A DNA stretch of 64,000 nt from Amoebidium appalachense (taxonomy: Eukaryota; Protista; Ichthyosporea). The stretch covers positions 6,493,029 to 6,557,028 of the forward strand of contig CAVNZM010000016.1 of assembly GCA_963693365.1 (NCBI GenBank). The letters are read 5' to 3'. Positions 56,782 through 64,000 of the stretch are shown one piece after another. The stretch's first letter is position 1. Every line of letters starts with the position of its first letter. A model generated the notes under the pieces. The model was given only the letters and a program-made list of their open reading frames with translations. It was not told the DNA's origin and did no database searches. The position numbers and the translations under genes were made by a program.

Positions 56782-58137
56782 GGGGGGGGGGGGGGGGGGG
56801 AACCGCAGAGGGGGGGGGGAACCGGGAGGGGGGGGGGGGGGGGGAGGGGTGGAGGCCTTTTCTGCATATTGGTCTTTCAGCAAGCTGAAAGAAAATTGAA
56901 GGGTGGTGTTGGGGAGGCCCCCCCCGTTGGATGGGGGGAGGGGGGGGGGGGGGGTCGAAGGGGGAGGGGAAGGGGGAGGGGGAGGGATAGGGGGAGGGGG
57001 GAAAAAGAGGGCCGTCACAGACACAAAAGCACACACGCTCCAGTGATAGACCTGCCACCCCGTGATATGAGAATATATTAGTGGGACAGCGGCCTTCGGA
57101 ACCGTTGTTTTGTGGGGCCACTAATATTTGTCTTTCTCTTCTTTTTATAATTTCGAGATATGATATAGGCAGGACCACTCCTGAAGTTCCAAATTCATTG
57201 AGTGTACTTACACATGCATTTAATTTAAACACACACGTATAGTTCGACACATCAACTATTAGTTATACTCACCGGAAAAAAACTTTCAGGGGCAAGTTGG
57301 AGTGGTGGTGCCAGTCTTATTACTCGGTTCCGCCGGGCCGAATCACATCGTGGCTTCAGGTTTTGGTCACCCACAAATCCCAAAGCCTGCCAGTACGAAT
57401 AGTGGAAGTTACTGCCCTTCCTGCGAGAAAATTAGGAAGTATTGATTCAAGTTTGTCCGAGTGATCCCGGATTCGATTTAGTACCGGGACTGAGTCACTG
57501 GCAGGCGATAACCATTGGTAAAATTTCAAACAGCTACTCAGATACCTTATGACCAACCCGGGAAAAAAGAATTCAGCCGGCTAATAATTATTTGCTCTGC
57601 ATTATGTAATGTCAAGTCATATGTAAAGGGTTCTAGCTGCCGCAGCATGACTCCGCAGTGTGGAAGTTATTACCGTAAGTTTGCAGTCAATGACTCAATG
57701 ATGCAGGCCTGTCTTCACGATATTACTAAGTTAAGATTCTTATGCTTAGGGTCCACGCAAGCCTTAGGGGTTGCTAATTATTATTACTAATTTGCGTTCA
57801 AGTTAAGTTAAGGTGCCACCGTCAGACAGCGCGGAGCACTGAATTCTGCGTTTTATATCGTGGATACCGTAGCATACTATGACACGTATACTTCAACCGG
57901 TCCTCTGTAGACGCGTCAAAGAAATGCGGGTCACGATGATGATATCATTATACGATCATTAAACCGTTACATATTTCGAAAGAAAAAAATTAAGCCACAG
58001 GCTGCTGGCCCAGGCCTGGGCGCAGGAACGAATACTCGTGCCGTGTGATGTATCTATGGTGCTTGTAGTGCATGTGCACCTTCAGGCTCTTCCACGTATG
58101 GTACGCCTTATCGCATCCATTCACACCCTCAATGCAA

Positions 58138-59347
58138 TCAAACATGCACGGCGACACCCCCCCCCTGACTCATTTTCCGGCCAACGGACATGGCAATGGC
58201 CTGACCGGAATCACAACTGCTGCTCTGCTTCATCTTTAACCCACGGCACACATTCCCTCCGCCGACGGTGTTTCGTCGCACGGCTTGGTTCGCCCCGGGA
58301 AAATTTGACGCCTGCGACGTTTTCTGGGTGAGAGTGTTTGGAGTTGCTGATGTTGCCGCGTCGTCATGGTGACCATTGGAGCTCTTTGAACCCTGGCTGA
58401 GTAGCCATTTCGCAAAGAGGTCGTCGTGAATGCTCCCCAAGGAAGTGGTGGTACCAGTGGTGGGGGTGTCGGAGGCCGATGAATCGATGGACGCAGTGCG
58501 AGGAGGCAGTGAATATTTGCTTGGGTTGGGGTCACCGTGGCCTTGTGAGCTTTTGCTCTTGTGCAGGCTCATTTGCGGCTCATGCCTGTATGCACCGCCG
58601 GTGGTATTCTTGGTGATGGGGTTGTGTCGTGTGTAGACAACGGGAGACTCCATTTCGAAAGGCGGCACACCATCATCGAACGAGCTCGAGTAGAGTGACT
58701 GCGGTGTGGCTTTTGGGGTTACGCCCGGGACGGGGGTGGATTTGTGACACACACTGGAGAATTTCTTCGTCGCTACGCACACCGCTGTTGCTGTTGTGTC
58801 GGGGAAGGATGGGGGCGGTGCAAGAGAGGTTAAGGAAGTTTGCAATCACGTCGAGAGCCTCTGGTGTAAAAGTGTCCAACTCGTTGGAACATTCTTCCGA
58901 GATTTCGTCCGGCGTGTTGCCGCGGGCGCACAACATCGCGCCGGGCATGTGACTGTGTTTGCTGTTCACGTTCATACATTCTGGGTGAGCGAACAAGCGC
59001 GTCTGCGGAGTGCTGTCCCCATCGCAATCTCTGAAGGGAAATCCACTAGCGTAAATTGTTTCAGGGGTTGAGGCACAGGAGGAAACCTGGATGTCTGTGC
59101 TATGATGTGAATGCCTGCTGCTGGTCTCGTTCTGAGATTCATCTTTCAAATTGGTGATAATGAACTGTGTGACATGTGCGCTCGTGTTTTCCCACTGTGT
59201 GTGCTGGTGTAATTTCTGTTCCCTAGAGGAGTGTCCGCCACCGGGGAGAAACACTTGCTGGAGTGAAACATGCATTTCGTCGTTTTGGGCGTTTGCGCGG
59301 GTGCTTCGGAAGGTGGAGGAATTGATATCCAACTCAAACTTGAACAT
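58138..59347 (-). CDS. Hypothetical Ser/Thr-rich protein split over two overlapping frames (frameshift or pseudogene)
   Basis: ORFs 59347-58673 and 58845-58138 overlap in different frames within ~1.2 kb of complex, coding-like sequence. No motif recognised and no suitable intron found. Confidence 0.4.
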
Positions 59348-61426
59348 CCTTAGGTAGTACTACATGTACATAACGACAAGAATAAGCTTCTTCGTGAGCA
59401 ACTGAGTCCGGTTTTATCACCCCGGCCCGGTACCTCACGCCTGGCCGCACAATGGCGCGAGCAGTAACTTGGCGGCAAAGCAGACAGAACCCGGTCCTTG
59501 ACTTTTCGGTTGGTGCGGTTCCTCGGAATCCTGAGGCGGGGCACCGAGAGAGCGAGAGCCTGAATATTAATATGCAAGGCGCGATTGCTAATAAATGCAG
59601 TGCACAATATGCAATTACTTAGGTACCTCTGAACACTTAATATTATATATTCAGTTGATACAGAGTGTGTACACGGCACACCCAGGGGTTCTAAAACTGA
59701 TCCTCCAAAAAAAAGTGTACATCAGTAATGTACTACAAAAAAAGCCTGCGAAAAAAAAAAGCCTGAGAAACGAGCAATGCGACTCGCAGGGACCTATGAT
59801 TGGCTACAGTAAGGAGACATTAACCAATCGCTGCAATGATGCGTTTTGGCCCGATCCAAATCGGCTTTCGCACTAGTCAAGGCTATGTACCCGCTGGCTT
59901 ACTAAGTGGCCGGGCCCGGGCTTAATACGCTGCGGCCTGCGGCAACATAAAAAAAAAAATAATAAAAAAATAAAAATATAAAAAAATAAAGAAGAAGAAG
60001 AAGAGGCCGCAGGGAGACAGCACTCAGAGTGACTACTTTCGCACGCGGCTGGAGACAGAACGCACTTGTTCCTGACTTGTTTATTGGTTGCTTGCTCCGG
60101 ACGGTAACGTTGTCAATAAGTAGCTTGGTATGCAAAGAATGCTGTCGCATCTACTAGTGTTAAAAAATGATGAAACATGGTGACGACTCACTGACGGGTG
60201 ACCGAATAGTTCTAATAGTTTCTATCCATCTCACTGGAATAAGCCTAGTAGTTCTTACTATTGTTAGATCACAATATCACTGGATTTACTGTATATGCCT
60301 TTATAATGTGGAACTGACGTGCAGTGGAAACTTTGGATTAGATCAGACGGAATGCCAGATCTACGCATTGAGTATGGGCATGCTAATGTACTCGCACACA
60401 TGAACGCTTGCACTTGACAAAGAGCGGTACGGAATCCACAGAAATAAATTCTAGCCTCGACACAACAGCCGTAAACACTGCCTCTAATGCAATAAAAATT
60501 GGTTTTTTTCTTGGGCAAATAGAGTGTCAAATCAGTTTTTCTCATCGAAACAGCGGGAGTATTGCATTGTGCACGAAACGGTTACGCGTGTTACACGAAT
60601 CTTGAAAAAATGACAAAAATGCAAAAAGTGCAGGCAACGATTTCGATTGGTTCATGAATAACACTTCCAGGGCTTGCAAACTCCGAAACGCGCAATCGTT
60701 TATCCGAACGTTTTCACAAGGGGACAGAAAATGTCGAGAATCCAATAAACAAGTTCTGGTGACTCTATTTCTGTTATATTATACACGGCTTTTGGTCGAT
60801 AGAGAGGCATTAAATTCTGGGCTGTATCGACAGCAGGTGTAACCCGGTGACCGCGCCAGCCGATGATCATCGATGCCGCAGGGCCAGGCCCGCAGTCGAG
60901 GCGAAGGTGAAATTTCGGAAACGTCCGAGTTGAGTTAGCCCCCAGGCCCCCAAAGGGGTTTACGCACGATTTATTGCTTTTGAAACACTGCGTGAGTCGA
61001 AAAAAGCAGCAACTTATACTAATCGTCACTCGTGGCTGTATGAACTGAAGGACCTAATAATATAATAGCCCCACTTTTGTGTGCGTGGAACATCGTCTGT
61101 TCGACGAAGAAAGTTGGTTACCCTTGCATGGAATAATTCATCATCATGATCGGGGTCCGGAACTCCGGATCCGATCGATGGCGAACCGAAGCTTTCCTGT
61201 GGCTTTCTTTTCAAGGCGTTTTTTGTTATTCAAAAATCCTGAATCTGCGGCATCAAGAAGACCCGAGTAACACTGTGTAAGGTAGATTATATGGCATAGT
61301 AAGTTAAGACGTGCGTAAGAAATAGACTACCGTATGTTCGCTTGTCCCGTCAACTCAGCGCTAGCAGTCTCAGGTGATGCATACCACCACTTTTTTTTGA
61401 AATCCTTTAACTCTATTTGCCGAAGG

Positions 61427-62906
61427 CCCCTGCAAAAAAATCCCGCACATCTTTTGATATTCAGGGGCCGATTCGATATATGATATTTCTCGTGATATTC
61501 AGGGGCTAGGCAAGATATATCAAATGTATTAAGGTTTTGCCCGCTGGTGTCCTTTGTCACTTGTCGCTTTATTTTTATTTCGTAGCTTTGGCTTTTCCAG
61601 TTCTATTGATGGCTACGTAGCCTGTGGCTGCACTTTGCCTTCATCAACGGATCAATTAAACCGAGTCAAAAGAAAAAAGTATTCAGGGGATGGACCAAAA
61701 CATGATATATCATAAATATCTTTCGGGGCACGATATATCCCGGCCTTTAAAACGGGATCTATCCCTTGTTCTTAATGTAAAAATATGTGAAGAACTCAAC
61801 AAAATGTTACAGAAAACTCATATTTTGCACCTCCTGCACTACCAAACCTTTTACTTAAGCCTAAAAAGGGTCTAAAAGCGACCGGATTGCTTCGGATTGG
61901 TCTTTGATTGACAACCCGGGGTATATGCTCCCTGAAGGGATCTCACAAAAATAGCGGAAATCCGAACAAAATCCCGTTTATTTCCTTATTTGGGTAAAAA
62001 TAAAGATATTTTTCGTGATATTATATTGGACTTCACTTTTACTTCGATCTCTTAGCTGTCACGTCAACTTTTTTTTCCCGATTCTTCACCATGGCAGGTA
62101 TATAAAGGCTTTCGTTTTTTCTTTTTGTGGACTTCACTTTTACTTCGATCTCTTAGCTGTCACGTCAACTTTTTTCCCGATTCTTCACCATGCAAGGTAT
62201 ATAAAGGCTTTCGTTTTTTTCTTTTTGTGGTGGGAAGGGGTCGTCGAGGAGCTTTCCTTGTGGCTGCCGTCTTTTCAGCCTTCAGCAGTATGGCAATGTG
62301 TTCACAATGACTGGGTTTGCTCGCAAGCATTCTGTAGTTGTGTTTTCCTGTGTGTCCTGCCACAATTAGGCCACCTTATCATCAAAGAGCAAGCCTTGGA
62401 CAGCTTCTGCGGGTTTTCTAGGGGACGGGCCCGTGGGGATTGTTTTCTGGCATGGATTTGGTCTGCATTGCTCTATAAAGGGCTGACTTGCTTCAGTTGC
62501 AATTGCTGTGCCCTGGTAGGTTTTGAGGGGGGCCTGTTGGGGGGCAGCAGTAATGATGTCTTCTTGCGGAGTGTGGCCTGGTCATCATCGCTGCATATGA
62601 CTAGTTGGAGCAAACTAGTTTCACGCACGTGCACTTTACCTTTGCCCGGACACTGGTGTCCAGCCAGACCTTTGGTCACTTGTTGTTTTATTTTTTATTT
62701 CATCGCTGTGGCTATTTCGAAGTCGGTTATTTTGGTGGTCATGTAGCCTGTGGCTGCACGTTGCCTTCATATCCACTGGACCACTGATCAATAAATCCCA
62801 GTCAAGAGAAAAATATTTTTTCGAGATATTCAGGGCAACATTCGATATTTTCGTGATATATCCCGGATCGATAATCAGGGCAAAAAACGGGATTTTTTTG
62901 CAAGGG
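61427..62906. mobile_element. Non-autonomous DNA transposon with 19-bp TIRs and subterminal repeats (CACTA/CMC-like organisation)
   Basis: Left CCCCTGCAAAAAAATCCCG versus right reverse complement CCCTTGCAAAAAAATCCCG. GATATTCAGGG(G) repeats near both ends. Internal ~100-bp tandem (~62028-62226) and direct repeats (~61570-61685 and ~62685-62820). No TSD seen. Confidence 0.6.
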
Positions 62907-62933
62907 ACTAATTTGCTGCTTTGTGAGTACAGT

Positions 62934-64000
62934 CACGGCCCTCTGAAAAAAAGACGGCCTGGATACACTACGTCATAAAATCGCATTCCATTGTGCTCGT
63001 GGTATCTCGATCCACTGGATTCCGGCCCTAAAACGAGATGTCGGCACAGAACATGTATGTTGTTGTTTTTCGTTTACGTCTCGCTTTTTTTGGTTCAAAG
63101 ACGGAGACATCGGTAACATGGCTGACGGCGGGACTGGCCTTATGAAGGGAGCTGCTCCTCCCGAGCCTGGAATGGATAAGAAGAGGAGTAACGGTCTGCG
63201 TAGCAACAAAATCGGTAACATATGCAGTGTTCCAGGCTGCAGAGGCAACTACGACGACCAAAACAAGGTTTTCGTTTACAAATTCCCCCACCCAAACGAC
63301 GGGCGCATTAAAAGCGAGACGCTACGCGAAGAAACACGGAACCTTCTCAGTGCGTGGCTACGTGCTGTGCCGAGGCAGTGGCCTGAGAACTTCGACCCGC
63401 ACGGTGTTGCGCGGGTCTGCTGCCGTCACTTTCCCGCCCATGACATCGTTAAAAAAGGTGGCAAAACGTGGCCTAGGCCAGGCGCCGTCCCGAGCATTTT
63501 TCCCAACTGCCCCAGTTACCTGAGCACCCCTTCCGCACCTCCTCGTACGGACCCGGAAGAGAGAGCCGCAAAGATGGAGAAGGTTCGGGCAAGGCAAGAG
63601 GAAGAGGCAGTAGCGAGGAAGCGCCAGAAGGAGATGTTCGTCTTCGGCCAGCTTGTTGTCCGTGCCCTGGAAATAGCGGAGCGGCACGCCGGCTGGAGGG
63701 TTCAAAGCGTCGGAACGGAAATAGGCGAGGGGAAATCGGTGGTTTTCTGGCTTCCAGGCATGCTTCTATGCAAACCATCATTCAGCGTTACCATGCGAGC
63801 GTCAGTAATGATCAATAGTGACTCGACTTTTCGTTCAGCAGTTTACTCCCACACCCCAACCGTGCTTCCTTCCAATTACCTGACTCTAGCAGTAGGCAAC
63901 ATAACGTGGGTGGCGACAGAGCATTGTCAGGCGACGGGCACACTGGACACATGGAACGATCTTACTCGGTGCATCGAGCCTTTGTCCACACACCCTTCCC
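62934..64000 (+). mobile_element. 5' end of a P-superfamily (THAP) DNA transposon, truncated by the window edge
   Basis: Putative TIR CACGGCCCTCTGAAAAAAAGA, defined by the footprint at 21567-21595, lies 184 bp upstream of a THAP ORF. Confidence 0.65.
63118..64000 (+). CDS. THAP zinc-finger protein, probable P-element-like transposase (partial, open to the window end)
   Basis: Absent from the ORF track because it has no stop in the window. Manual translation gives CSVPGCRGNY...VYKFP...WLRAVPR...RVCCRHF...GAVPSIFP (C2CH THAP signature), followed by a charged coiled-coil-like segment. Confidence 0.85.
   Translation, partial: MADGGTGLMKGAAPPEPGMDKKRSNGLRSNKIGNICSVPGCRGNYDDQNKVFVYKFPHPNDGRIKSETLREETRNLLSAWLRAVPRQWPENFDPHGVARVCCRHFPAHDIVKKGGKTWPRPGAVPSIFPNCPSYLSTPSAPPRTDPEERAAKMEKVRARQEEEAVARKRQKEMFVFGQLVVRALEIAERHAGWRVQSVGTEIGEGKSVVFWLPGMLLCKPSFSVTMRASVMINSDSTFRSAVYSHTPTVLPSNYLTLAVGNITWVATEHCQATGTLDTWNDLTRCIEPLSTHPS

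Noticed and set aside
60955-60970. GGGGTTTACGC resembling the short-element head
   Set aside because: The match stops after 11 nt.
62015-62746. 243-aa ORF inside the TIR element
   Set aside because: Spans a tandem duplication, has F/C/W-rich non-coding-like composition and shows no transposase motifs.

Overview
Eukaryotic genomic DNA, probably a unicellular opisthokont or holozoan (inferred from RPL3, a syntenin-like tandem PDZ gene and a class C GPCR). Introns and intergenic DNA are filled with poly(C)/poly(G) and (CA)n/(GT)n tracts, so most ORFs in the supplied track are low-complexity artefacts. Splicing by hand gives five frame-consistent multi-exon genes: a 10-exon class C GPCR with a solute-binding ectodomain, a myristoylated syntenin-like PDZ protein, RPL3 head-to-head with MRPL43, and a secreted proteinase-K-type subtilase. 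There is also a small SMP/LEA-like gene. Mobile DNA includes a TRIM-like mini LTR element, an intact endonuclease-less non-LTR RT, a THAP/P-family transposon end with a matching excision footprint, and several MITE-like repeats. The most striking observation is a dispersed and tandem ~290-nt element carrying a covarying RNA structure. It contains every hammerhead-ribozyme core nucleotide, but in a permuted, pseudoknotted order that fits none of types I, II or III. Second is a family of short oligo(T)-ended elements that share the 5' leader of the RT element. All calls come from manual reading; no searches or folding programs were run.
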